DNA of 60,364 nt, taken from a virus (Duplodnaviria; Caudoviricetes). The position numbers and the translations under genes are program-made. Where the stretch lies: positions 1-60,364 of the IMG/VR virus record IMGVR_UViG_3300030328_003717. One strand, written 5' to 3'. The notes under the pieces were generated by a model. The model had not been told where the DNA came from. It worked only from the letters and a program-made list of their open reading frames with translations, and did not search any database. This document shows positions 44,989-54,851 of the stretch, in pieces; position 1 is the first letter of the stretch, and each line of letters opens with the position of its first letter.

Positions 44989-46568
44989 TCTTTGTTCTCC
45001 GTTTCTAGTCTAAAATCATCTAAAGACACAGCGTCTTCATTTATCTCTCTAACATCCATGATCCAAACCTTTTTGTTTCCAACAGCCTTGTCAACCCATT
45101 TAGATGTGTTGATGCCTCCCATTTCTTTTAACTGTGTAAACACCTCTGCTTCTTTAATGTTCCTCATCTTCTTAAACTCTTGTATAAAGATGACTGCATC
45201 CCTACCTGTAAACCACCACTCTTTAATGCCTTCTTCTTCGTGTCTATACACGCCACCAGAAACCAAAGCCATACGAGAAGAGGACTCTGATATTCTGCAA
45301 AACTCATATATTGCGTCTTTTAACACTCCTCGTTTTGTCATGTCAGAAGGAACATCCACAATCTGCACTTCCTGTAGCCATGCGTTAAGTTGCGCAACCC
45401 AGTCTGATTTCTTTTTATCGGGCGGACATATATTTAAAACCTCCATACATTTTTGTTGATACATAGAAAAGTTATGAAGCTGTTTTGTTTCTAAAACAAT
45501 TGTTTGACCATCAATGTCTAAATGCCAAAGAGGTGGATCAGTCATGTATTTTCTAAGACCACCATAAACAGGTTCTCTTTGTGATGCGTCTATGCCATGT
45601 CTTTTGGTTATACAAATACCGCTCTGGCAAAAACTTTTTAATGGGTCTTTGCCGCACTGATATTTGTAATCCGTTTTTTCTAAACTTTGTATGATTGAGT
45701 TAAGCTCGCTGTGAGACAGAGCGTTTGTGCAAGCTGTTTTGTTTACTTCCTGTAGTTTGTCTTTCCACTGCTCGCCTTCAGGGTAAACCTTTCTTAAAAA
45801 TACTCCGTAGTTCAACATTGCGTTATTTCTTGTGCCTTCAGGCACGCCGTTAAGTTTCATGTGAACCAAACAAGGAGGCGCCTCGTCCCACAAACCGTCT
45901 CCGTTTAATTGTTTCTTTCTGCTCTTTTTTATTGCAACAAACTTATCTAGGTCTTCTTCACTAATTGCTCTTCTTTTTACAATCCTTACAAACTCCTCAA
46001 TGCTTAAAGCGTCTCCTTTTGAGTTCAGAGCGTATCTAGTAGTATCGTCTCCAGAAAAATACGGCATGTTTAACCAATTTCCTGTTTGTTTTTGTTGAGG
46101 CAACTGCTTTGACCATTCATATTGTTTAGGAAATATCTCATCGCCTGTACGGCCCATTGCTGCCGCTATCTCTTCTAGCTTGTTTTGAAACTTAAACGCG
46201 GGTATGGGTTCTTTAGTGAACATAAAAAGATGCACCCCGCCTGATTTTGTCATGCAGGGTACAAGGGGCAGTTGCATTTCACTGATTGTCTTTAGAATTT
46301 GCTTGGTGTTGATAGGATATTCGTCCACATCAATACACCCCCAAGAGCATTTTTCATCATCTGTTAAAGGAATAATTCCTATTGATACCTCTCCGGCAAC
46401 GTGTTTTTGCCAAAGCTCTGTTGTAACTGGTTGGTGCAGAGTTTTCCCTCTGCCTTCTTTTTTAATTCCTTTTGCTGTGTTCTTTTGCTTTCCTGTTATC
46501 TCGTAAATTCCGTGTGCTCTAGTTAAACCAGAGAAAATGCGCATCAAAATTTCTGCTTTTTCTTTCAC
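44979..46568 (-). CDS. Primase-polymerase-like protein (AEP plus PriCT-like)
   Basis: WGCIDVD, TKSGGVH, NMPY, PPC...EGTRNN. Confidence 0.75.
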   Translation of the reverse strand: MKEKAEILMRIFSGLTRAHGIYEITGKQKNTAKGIKKEGRGKTLHQPVTTELWQKHVAGEVSIGIIPLTDDEKCSWGCIDVDEYPINTKQILKTISEMQLPLVPCMTKSGGVHLFMFTKEPIPAFKFQNKLEEIAAAMGRTGDEIFPKQYEWSKQLPQQKQTGNWLNMPYFSGDDTTRYALNSKGDALSIEEFVRIVKRRAISEEDLDKFVAIKKSRKKQLNGDGLWDEAPPCLVHMKLNGVPEGTRNNAMLNYGVFLRKVYPEGEQWKDKLQEVNKTACTNALSHSELNSIIQSLEKTDYKYQCGKDPLKSFCQSGICITKRHGIDASQREPVYGGLRKYMTDPPLWHLDIDGQTIVLETKQLHNFSMYQQKCMEVLNICPPDKKKSDWVAQLNAWLQEVQIVDVPSDMTKRGVLKDAIYEFCRISESSSRMALVSGGVYRHEEEGIKEWWFTGRDAVIFIQEFKKMRNIKEAEVFTQLKEMGGINTSKWVDKAVGNKKVWIMDVREINEDAVSLDDFRLETENKEWE

Positions 46569-46669
46569 ATAGCTTCCTTGTCTCTAGGAAAACCCCTCTG
46601 AAACCAATTTGGACTCGGTTATTGTTTATTTGTCTATACACAATACACAGAGGGGCATCCTTTTTTCGT

Positions 46670-47464
46670 TTAGTCTTCCCAATCCTTTTTGTTACCGGAC
46701 TGTTCCAACGCAGGACTGCTACCAGATTTGCTAGGGCCACCTAGCTGATCCAAAGCACCAGAAGATCCGAATTTAGCAAACTCTTCTGCTTCTGCAAAAA
46801 GGTCTCTTTCTTTCTCTTCTAACACCCGCTCCTGCATGATGTGATAACTGTACCAGCTACCTCTATCATTGGACTCGACTTGTGTGGATAGACGGTACCA
46901 ATGAGAGTAAGCCGGAGGCGTGAACATGCCTTTTGCTCCTTTCATTTTTGTACCTTGGATCATCGTGTTCCACGCACGCGAATGCTTCAGTTGCGATCCT
47001 GTCATGTTAATGACGCATTTTTGTGGCACGTCATCAACGAGCGCGAAGCCGTAGTGGTTTGAGGTTACGGTCAATTGGGTTTCCCCATTTGGTGTAACCA
47101 TACGCCCTTGGCTGTCGCGTGTGCATCGGTTCAAAAGGTCAGAATCTGCTGGGTGCACGCCTTTGAAGCCTCCACCTTTCTCACGCAAGCCCCACTCAAC
47201 GAGTGTTTTGCTATAGTAAGAAGGTAAAAACAACAAGCCGTCATCGCCACTAATAGCGACACTGCTTCCACTGTAGTACAAATCACCTTCTTCCGCGTCA
47301 GCAAGATAATCACTAGAGTTCTTTTGTCTCTGTGGAGACAAAGCCTGGATTATGCTGATTCTTGGAGTACGAAGGTCTTCCGTACTGAGATCACCGAAAC
47401 CTTTTTCTTCGATGTTTTCAAATAGGGACGTTATAGATGTCCCATTACTTTTCTTCGTTGCCAT
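46670..47464 (-). CDS. Probable ssDNA-binding/recombination protein
   Basis: P.ISIIQALSP...EG; aromatic beta core, acidic tail; position in replication block. Confidence 0.55.
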   Translation of the reverse strand: MATKKSNGTSITSLFENIEEKGFGDLSTEDLRTPRISIIQALSPQRQKNSSDYLADAEEGDLYYSGSSVAISGDDGLLFLPSYYSKTLVEWGLREKGGGFKGVHPADSDLLNRCTRDSQGRMVTPNGETQLTVTSNHYGFALVDDVPQKCVINMTGSQLKHSRAWNTMIQGTKMKGAKGMFTPPAYSHWYRLSTQVESNDRGSWYSYHIMQERVLEEKERDLFAEAEEFAKFGSSGALDQLGGPSKSGSSPALEQSGNKKDWED

Positions 47465-47486
47465 ATCTTATTTCCTCTTTATTTAT

Positions 47487-48050
47487 TCAACGGTTTATTT
47501 TTGTGCGTTTGCCTGCATACACGGAGAAACTTTTCTGTGTGTCTACATCAAACGATGGGTCCCCCGATTCTATTCTTTCTTTTACGAAAGCACGGAGGGT
47601 GCTTGGATGAACTGCTTCTTTCGTTGCTGGCATGTGGCCTTGTTTCGTAAGCAGCTCCGCCAATTCGGAAGCGATCTCATCCTCACCTTGTCCAAAAGTA
47701 AGCGTCAAAGTGTTCTTTATTAGATCACCGTGTCCGTTTTCTCTTAGCCAGTTGTGAGCTGTCTCGACGTTGCGAGCCGTGATGCGAGCGCTGTAAAATG
47801 GTTCTGCTGATATGCTAGAGCCGTCTGATAGTTTCAATTCAGAAACGCCGTACTCTGCAAGTTTATTTGGAATGGTTTGTTCACTGAGTTCCCTAGACTG
47901 CTCTTTGAGTCGTCTCAGTTTTTCTTCAGTGTTGCCGATTTGTCCTTCAAGTGTAAGTAAGTCTTTGCAAAGTTTACTCAGACTTTCGATGTCTGTTTCT
48001 TCGATGCTTTCTACTTGTTTTCTTATGCTCTCTTCAAATAACTCTTTCAT
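47487..48050 (-). CDS. Replication-block hypothetical protein
   Basis: Coiled coil, WLRENGHGDLIKN...VHPSTLRAFVKE. Confidence 0.75.
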   Translation of the reverse strand: MKELFEESIRKQVESIEETDIESLSKLCKDLLTLEGQIGNTEEKLRRLKEQSRELSEQTIPNKLAEYGVSELKLSDGSSISAEPFYSARITARNVETAHNWLRENGHGDLIKNTLTLTFGQGEDEIASELAELLTKQGHMPATKEAVHPSTLRAFVKERIESGDPSFDVDTQKSFSVYAGKRTKINR

Positions 48051-48346
48051 TATTTTTTACCTCGTTCTATTGGTGTTACGTTATTTTTTTCTTCTTTCTT
48101 CGGTTCGTAGTTGATCTCAAAGTCAGGCACAAAAAATATAAGGCCTTCGTTGTTAACCTCTACAACTTCAACACTATGTTTTGGTTGATCCAATATAGTG
48201 TACACATATCTTAATGATTCATCCAAACTGTTGAACGGACCTAAAGATTCGCCGAAACTTTGATGAGGAGTGAAGTTAATAAACCATTCATTTTTTCTGT
48301 TGCTACAGATTTCTAAAATGATTTTTTTCTTTCGTTCTCTCGTCAT
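48050..48346 (-). CDS. Hypothetical protein
   Basis: First gene of the - strand block; coupled. Confidence 0.65.
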   Translation of the reverse strand: MTRERKKKIILEICSNRKNEWFINFTPHQSFGESLGPFNSLDESLRYVYTILDQPKHSVEVVEVNNEGLIFFVPDFEINYEPKKEEKNNVTPIERGKK

Positions 48347-48348
48347 GG

Positions 48349-48376
48349 TTGACTAATCTTATACTATCAGTAGAAT
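48349..48376 (+). promoter_or_regulatory. Promoter in divergent control region with inverted TATAAGAT box
   Basis: TTGACT-AATCTTATACTATCAG-TAGAAT. Confidence 0.55.
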
Positions 48377-48412
48377 AGATTGCAAGAAATATTTTAACGA
48401 ATAACGAAGGAT

Positions 48413-49870
48413 ATGAAAATAATGGATATAGAAGCTTATAATTACAAAACCGAACCCTACGACCACCAACGAGAAACTTTAGCCAAGAGTGCTCACAAAA
48501 GTCTTTACGCACTTTTCCTTGAGATGGGCCTTGGCAAATCAAAAATCTTATTAGATAACGCCGGTATGCTCTTCGAGCAAGGAAAAATTACTGGACTTCT
48601 TATTGTATCACCAAAAGGTAATTTAAGAAACTGGGACGTGCATGAGGTCAACAAACATTTACCGGACCACATACAAAGAAACGTTTTGGTTTGGCAGCCT
48701 AATCATACTAAACAATGGCTAAAGGACTACAAAGAAATGGTTGAAGGCAACAGCGACGGAACACTAAACATATTTTTAGTCAATGTCGAAGCGTTTGCTA
48801 CTGTTAAAGCGTGTAAGTTTGTAGAAGAGTTTATGGTTGTTCACGATGTAATGATGGCTATTGATGAATCCACGACAATAAAAAATCCGAAAGCTAAAAG
48901 AACAAAACATTTAATCAAGTTGGCACCTCTTGCTGACTACCGAAGAATCCTTACCGGATTTCCAATCACAAAAGCCCCTCTAGATTTGTACAGCCAGTGT
49001 TATTTTCTGTCGCCTAACTTACTCGGCTTCAGTAGTTATTATGCGTTCAGCGCACGTTATGCAATCACCCAGGCACGTCGCATGGGATCGCACAGCTTTC
49101 AACAGATCGTAGGGTTTCAAAGGCTTGAAGAACTGCAAGAATCCATCAAAGACTTCTCGATTCGTAAGACGAAGGACCAATGCCTAGACCTTCCTCCGAA
49201 AGTCTACACAAAGCGGTATGTTGAACTGACTGATGAACAGAAAAAAGCGTATGCAACCATGAAACAAAAAGCATTGATGGTTTTAGACAATGAAGTATTC
49301 AGCACTATGAATGTGTTGACACAGATTATGCGGTTGCAACAAGTCGTTGCTGGTAGTTTGCGTAACGAAGATGGAGAAACGATTGTTCTTAAAAACAATC
49401 GAGTGCGTACTGTGCTAGATCTATTAGAAGAAACGTCTGATAAAGCTGTGATTTTTGCTGTGTTTCAAACCGACATTCAACAATTAGAAAAAGCCATAGC
49501 GGAGAAGTTTGGTGAAAACTCTGTTGCGTCTTATTATGGCAAAACACCACAGGACGAAAGACAAAGAATTATTGATAAGTTTCAAGATCCAGAGTCTGAG
49601 TTGCGCTACTTCATTTCCAATCCGCAAACAGGTGGCCGAGGTATTACTTTAACCGAAGCCGGTACCATGATATTTTATTCTAATTCCTATGATTTAGAAC
49701 TCAGGGTGCAAGCCGAGGATCGGATTCACAGAATAGGACAAGAAAAAAGTTGCACATACATCGACCTTGTATCAGAAAATACGGTTGATGAAAAAATACT
49801 TCAAAATCTTTTAAGCAAAGTTAAAATCAGCAATGAGATTCTTGGAGAAATAAGAAATTGGTTTAAATAA
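48413..49870 (+). CDS. SNF2-family helicase
   Basis: EMGLGKS, IDEST, LTGFP, GRGITLTEA, QAEDRIHRIGQ. Confidence 0.92.
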   Translation: MKIMDIEAYNYKTEPYDHQRETLAKSAHKSLYALFLEMGLGKSKILLDNAGMLFEQGKITGLLIVSPKGNLRNWDVHEVNKHLPDHIQRNVLVWQPNHTKQWLKDYKEMVEGNSDGTLNIFLVNVEAFATVKACKFVEEFMVVHDVMMAIDESTTIKNPKAKRTKHLIKLAPLADYRRILTGFPITKAPLDLYSQCYFLSPNLLGFSSYYAFSARYAITQARRMGSHSFQQIVGFQRLEELQESIKDFSIRKTKDQCLDLPPKVYTKRYVELTDEQKKAYATMKQKALMVLDNEVFSTMNVLTQIMRLQQVVAGSLRNEDGETIVLKNNRVRTVLDLLEETSDKAVIFAVFQTDIQQLEKAIAEKFGENSVASYYGKTPQDERQRIIDKFQDPESELRYFISNPQTGGRGITLTEAGTMIFYSNSYDLELRVQAEDRIHRIGQEKSCTYIDLVSENTVDEKILQNLLSKVKISNEILGEIRNWFK

Positions 49871-49882
49871 AAGGCTATAATA

Positions 49883-50146
49883 ATGAGTACAGACACAGTA
49901 AAAGAATATCTAGATCACCCCATGACACAAACAACCGTAGACAAAATTGTCGCAGACATGATTCCAATAATACGAAATCATTTTGACGAAGAAGACGTAA
50001 GTCCCTGGGAAGTAGCCACTGCTTTGGTTGTGCTGTTGTCTTCTGTTACAAACACCATGGATCTTGATCGAGAGACAATGGTCGAACTAGCCACGTTTAT
50101 TATGCAAACAACGGCGGACCAAGGACTTTTTTCAAACCGACATTAA
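49883..50146 (+). CDS. Hypothetical protein
   Basis: Fills the gap in the + strand run. Confidence 0.6.
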   Translation: MSTDTVKEYLDHPMTQTTVDKIVADMIPIIRNHFDEEDVSPWEVATALVVLLSSVTNTMDLDRETMVELATFIMQTTADQGLFSNRH

Positions 50147-50161
50147 GTGTATGATAGGGGT

Positions 50162-53100
50162 ATGGCGACGACCCCCAAAGATACAAGCCTTTCTTCGGCT
50201 TTTCGATACGCAATAGATCAACCCCTGGAGAACATGGCAACCACTTTTCAAGCCCTTGGTATGAAGGATTGGGAAAAGTTTATGCGTGACATTGTTGAAG
50301 AACCTGAAAACTATGAAGCTGCGGCCGGAGAGTTTATCAATGCCCAGGGCGAAGGGTTTAATTGGGAGTATTTTCCAAGAGCTATATTTGAACAAGCGGG
50401 ACAAATCGCTGGAAGTTTAGCGACCAGAGCCGGTGGTGCGGCAATTGGTGCCACAGCGGGGCCTGTCAGCATGGCGGTTGGGGCTTTGTTGGGACCTGCT
50501 TTGTTTGAAGCGGTGCAGATTGCTGGACCTGTTGCATTGGAAAGGGCAAAAAACGAAGGTAGAGAAGAGCCGAATTGGGAAGATTGGACAGGCGCGCTGG
50601 GCACAGCGGCAGCCAGTGGTGTGTTAAACGCGGTTGGTATTAAAAACGTTGGGGTTCTAAACAGCATTGGTAAAGGCACTCTTAAACAAGCGGGGAAACA
50701 AACAGTTAAAGCCGGTGTTGCTGAAGGATCGACTGAAGGGCTGCAAGGAGCAACGGAACAAATTGGCGGTTCAGCGCTCACGGCCCAGGGACTACAGTTT
50801 GATCCCAAAGCAGCCGTTGGTGAAGGTTTGTTGGGAGCCGGTGCTGGAACAGGCACACAGATTGGTACACAAACTGTAGGGCAAATTGCTCCTCCAACTC
50901 AAGATGGAACGCTGGGCGCTAATCTTTTTACAAAACTTTTTGGAAAGAAAAAAGACACACAAGAAGTTGTTGAAGAGGTTGTTGAAGAAACTCCCGTTGT
51001 ATCACAAGACGAAGAAAGACAAGCTAGAATAGAACAAGCTCAAATTAATGCGAGAGTTACAGCAGAGTCTTTGTACCCAAATTTAATAAAAGCGTATGAG
51101 CCTTCTGAAATAGATTTTTTAGAAATAGGGGCTACGCAAATGTCCAATGGAAACGTTGATGCACAAAGCTTTGACGAAATTTTTCCTAAAATACTTTCTA
51201 CAGCGGAACAGTTTGGCATAAAAGAAGAGGATGTTGTTCCTTTCGTTAAAAGAATAATGGGTAAAGTCTCAACAGACGACGCTTATCTTATAGTACCAGA
51301 ATACACAGACGATGAGCGTTTGGTTGGACTGGATGAAAACGCAATTTTAGATTTTGTTGCAGAATCAGCTAAAGGTTATTACGACGAAGTGAAGTCTTCA
51401 AGACCTGAAATGTACCTTAATAAGCCAAAAATTAAAGGAAAAGACATTTACAACAAACCTCCTTTGTTAAAGGTTGAAGGAATATCCCAAGACATACACC
51501 AGTTTGATCCTGATTTTCCTAGAGGCGCCACCCCTCCGCTTGGAATGGTAAAGCCAAGGTTTAGCGAAGAACAATCGGACATTTTATTGAACTCAAAACA
51601 AGGTATGGTTGAGCCAACTTTGTTTTCATACAGTAAATTTTTGTCTCCAGAAAATCCTTTGTTAGCCAATTTTCCTAAAAAAGGAGTGCCAGCCGACGAA
51701 GCGTTAAAGCTTTTAAACATTGAACTTGCACCAGGAGAAGGTAAAAAATCTCACGGTATGTTTAAACCAGCAAAAAATAAAAATTCTTTGTTTGCTACGA
51801 GAGCCATAGAAGGAAAGATAGCTGATTTTCTTTTAAACAAAGGAAAAGAAACAGTTACCAAACAAGATATTATAGATAGATATGTAAACCACTTGTCTGC
51901 GTTTAACGGTATTTTGTTGTCGGATGCTGGTAGGACGGTTGACAGAGACGACTACACTTCTTTTGCTATTCCAAACTTAGATGAAAGGTTTGATAGAGAC
52001 ACTTATTTTGGAAACAGGTATTTGGAAATTGTTAAAGAGGAGTTAGAAAAAGTTGATGCACCTAGAACACTTATAGATACTTTAAATGAAGACCCAGACG
52101 ATGTTGAAACCAGAATACTGGAATTTCCTGCTCAACAAGATATGGAAATGCAAAACAAGTTAGATGATGCAAAAGAAAAAGCCGACGAAAGAATGGCTGG
52201 AATAGTTTCTCTCAATTCCATGTTCTTTCCTTCTGAACAATCGAAAGGAAGACCGATTGAGCCTTATACACCAAAACACGGCGCAAGTATGCAAACATTT
52301 AGCGAGTTTCAAGGAAACGGTACACCTGAACTAAGAAGATTGGGCGAAGACATAGAGGTTGTTTTAAACTATGATGCGGAACTTGATCCAGAAGGAGAAG
52401 CCAGCTTGTCTCAGCTTCCTCCTGACATAGATTTAACCGCTCCTATGAACCAACAGCTTAGAAGAATTGCTACTTACCAAGAAGAAATAAAACGACGCGA
52501 TCCTGATTACTATTCTTTTAAAGACAGCACGCACCATTGGACTGGAGATGGGACATTGGCGTGGATGCGTGGCGGTATGTTTAGCCATGGGCCAGATGGT
52601 AAATACAAAAACACCAAAGGCGTAAACATGACCGAAGTACAGTCGGGAGCGCATGGTTGGGTGCAAAGCACAAGGCCTTCGTACAGCGACTTTATTTACA
52701 AAAGCAAGGCTGGTGGAACCAAACTTACGAGAAAAGAGTTTGACAAACTAGAAAACGGTTACATGTTTGACAGAGCTATTGATCAACTTCAAGCTGTTGC
52801 GTTTCCAAGCGCTCCTGGAGCGGCTTTATTTTCTTTGTTGCCAGACTTTAATAGAAACGTGTTTTTAAAACCAAGCGCAGTGCGTGATCTCAATGTTGGT
52901 CCTTCTGCGTATGTTTCGGTTCTTAAAGAGATTCTTCCTAGTAATATTTATACGAATTTAAAAAACTCAGGTGAGTTGCGTGAAAATATGAAAAAAGCTA
53001 GTGACATGTATGCAGACTATGGCAGAAGTATAGCAGAAGCCGAATTTACACGTTCCCGAACACCAGCTTTAGGTACTACCACCATAGGTGGAATGTTAAG

Positions 53101-53902
53101 ACAAACATTGGGAGTGGTTCCAACCAAAGAACAGGTCGACACTTTGACTGAAGATTGGATTGGAGACGGAAACTTTACATACAAACCTGGTTCTCTTTTA
53201 AAACTTGGTTTAATGAGCCGTGATGATATTGGAGATCCAGAAATCGGTGATTTGGGGCAAAGAATACAAACAAGGTTGAATAAAATTCAAGACACTGCCG
53301 CAGAATGGAACAAAAAAGATGTTGCTGCGTTGTACAAACCGTATTTTGAAGAGGCCATGGTACACAGCCCAGCGCTTTTTGAGTTATATAAAAGAGCGTC
53401 TGATGAGAGTAACCTACCAAATTTAAACGAGTTTGCTGACCTTAAATTAATGGAGTCTCAAGCCACGGCGACGGGTCGTGGTGTAACTCCTGATATGCCT
53501 TTAAAGAAAGACTGGCCTAGGGCTATGGTTCAACTTACGATTGTGAAAAGTCTCATGCACGATCCCAATGTGACTCACCTTTATATTCCTACTGCAAGTA
53601 AGGGAGGCGGTCCAACAAGTCCTTACTTAGACGCTTTTAATGAAGCAGAACAAATATCTGAACAGTTTGATTTGGATTTTAAAAAGATATTTGATTTTAT
53701 AGGAGAGGTGAAAGATCCAGAAACAGGACGGACAGTGGAAAAACCCGTAGATGTTTTTGCATTGGAAATCGCACCGCTTCGAGAAATGCTTATCGAAGGT
53801 GGTGGATTTGAAGGTAAGATGCAGAAAGGCGGTTTGGTCAAAGGCTCTTCACCTGTGCATGAAGTTCTAAACCTAGGCGATTACGGACGTAGGTTTATTT
53901 AA
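50162..53902 (+). CDS. Large (about 1246 aa) internal-virion-like/polyvalent protein
   Basis: Gly/Ala-rich N-terminus like 34978; C-terminal MQKGGLV; ATG 50162 preferred over GTG 50147. Confidence 0.65.
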   Translation: MATTPKDTSLSSAFRYAIDQPLENMATTFQALGMKDWEKFMRDIVEEPENYEAAAGEFINAQGEGFNWEYFPRAIFEQAGQIAGSLATRAGGAAIGATAGPVSMAVGALLGPALFEAVQIAGPVALERAKNEGREEPNWEDWTGALGTAAASGVLNAVGIKNVGVLNSIGKGTLKQAGKQTVKAGVAEGSTEGLQGATEQIGGSALTAQGLQFDPKAAVGEGLLGAGAGTGTQIGTQTVGQIAPPTQDGTLGANLFTKLFGKKKDTQEVVEEVVEETPVVSQDEERQARIEQAQINARVTAESLYPNLIKAYEPSEIDFLEIGATQMSNGNVDAQSFDEIFPKILSTAEQFGIKEEDVVPFVKRIMGKVSTDDAYLIVPEYTDDERLVGLDENAILDFVAESAKGYYDEVKSSRPEMYLNKPKIKGKDIYNKPPLLKVEGISQDIHQFDPDFPRGATPPLGMVKPRFSEEQSDILLNSKQGMVEPTLFSYSKFLSPENPLLANFPKKGVPADEALKLLNIELAPGEGKKSHGMFKPAKNKNSLFATRAIEGKIADFLLNKGKETVTKQDIIDRYVNHLSAFNGILLSDAGRTVDRDDYTSFAIPNLDERFDRDTYFGNRYLEIVKEELEKVDAPRTLIDTLNEDPDDVETRILEFPAQQDMEMQNKLDDAKEKADERMAGIVSLNSMFFPSEQSKGRPIEPYTPKHGASMQTFSEFQGNGTPELRRLGEDIEVVLNYDAELDPEGEASLSQLPPDIDLTAPMNQQLRRIATYQEEIKRRDPDYYSFKDSTHHWTGDGTLAWMRGGMFSHGPDGKYKNTKGVNMTEVQSGAHGWVQSTRPSYSDFIYKSKAGGTKLTRKEFDKLENGYMFDRAIDQLQAVAFPSAPGAALFSLLPDFNRNVFLKPSAVRDLNVGPSAYVSVLKEILPSNIYTNLKNSGELRENMKKASDMYADYGRSIAEAEFTRSRTPALGTTTIGGMLRQTLGVVPTKEQVDTLTEDWIGDGNFTYKPGSLLKLGLMSRDDIGDPEIGDLGQRIQTRLNKIQDTAAEWNKKDVAALYKPYFEEAMVHSPALFELYKRASDESNLPNLNEFADLKLMESQATATGRGVTPDMPLKKDWPRAMVQLTIVKSLMHDPNVTHLYIPTASKGGGPTSPYLDAFNEAEQISEQFDLDFKKIFDFIGEVKDPETGRTVEKPVDVFALEIAPLREMLIEGGGFEGKMQKGGLVKGSSPVHEVLNLGDYGRRFI

Positions 53903-54164
53903 AAAAGTCTTCGTCTTCTACAACAACGGCCCACTCACCACTAAAAGGTATAAACCCTAAACAACAAGGGATTTCTTGTTCCTCGTATATTTTGTATGCC
54001 GTTAAAGCAGACAATTGACTCTCAAAGAAATGAATTATGGGTGAATGCGTTGGCAGCTCTCCTCTGTATGTTTCTTTTGGGTCAAGAAAGTCTTTGGTGT
54101 ATTGCGCTGTTGTATGACTTAAAAAGTCTGCGTCTTCTTTTGTGTAATAAATTAATGTGTTCAT
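53895..54164 (-). CDS. Hypothetical protein
   Basis: AGGAG RBS; own promoter and structured leader. Confidence 0.7.
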   Translation of the reverse strand: MNTLIYYTKEDADFLSHTTAQYTKDFLDPKETYRGELPTHSPIIHFFESQLSALTAYKIYEEQEIPCCLGFIPFSGEWAVVVEDEDFFK

Positions 54165-54194
54165 AGTATGCTCCTAAATATGTGTTTAAGTGGT

Positions 54195-54310
54195 GTGGCC
54201 TCATTGTTTACTAAAATCCACTTGGGAGAACTAAGCGCTAATCTTTAGTAAACTTTTTCCTACGAACTGAGACCACCTCTTATCCGTATAACTTAACGCG
54301 CTTAGTTATA
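54195..54310 (-). ncRNA. Candidate structured leader RNA with kissing loops
   Basis: Three stems plus 10-nt complementarity 54229-54238 / 54298-54307. Confidence 0.5.
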
Positions 54311-54322
54311 GTTAATTGACTA

Positions 54323-54351
54323 AGTATATAAAATTAGTCCCATACATACAA
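54323..54351 (-). promoter_or_regulatory. sigma70-type promoter with TATGGGAC box
   Basis: TTGTAT-GTATGGGACTAATTTTA-TATACT. Confidence 0.65.
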
Positions 54352-54358
54352 GTATAAT

Positions 54359-54810
54359 TGTGGATAAAAATACGTCGAGTAGGAATTGTACAATTTGACG
54401 TTCGTTGAGTTTTTTAGGGACGAAGGACCAAGGACTTTTGGTCATTTCCCACAGTTTTCTTACTGTTTCCATGTGGTGCACTCCAATTTATAGGCATAAA
54501 GGTTTAATTTCTAGGGGTTTTGTGTTGATTTATCCACCGCACCTCAAAAAAACGTAGAAGTTCACTAAAAGTTAGGTAAAAATCGAGGTATGGTACGCCC
54601 GAAACCCTTTAAAATCAAGGGGTCTTGTTTTCCTATATAGACAACTACAACCTAACCTGAACTTCTGTTTTTGAGATTTTACAAAAGACTAATCAGAATT
54701 TTTTTTCAAAAAGTGAGGTGCGGAGGTGCGTTTTGGACGAAAGCCTTTGTTTATAGGGGTTTTCACCTAACCTGAGTGAGGTGCGGTGGAGGTGCGGTGG
54801 GTGCGGTGAA
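54359..54810. other. Putative replication origin or packaging control region
   Basis: ORF-free; DnaA box at 54359; AGGTNNGGT iteron-like repeats in both orientations; 14-bp inverted repeat. Confidence 0.5.
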
Positions 54811-54851
54811 ATATCTTTACTTATTTTTACTTTGATGGGTATAATTCAAAC

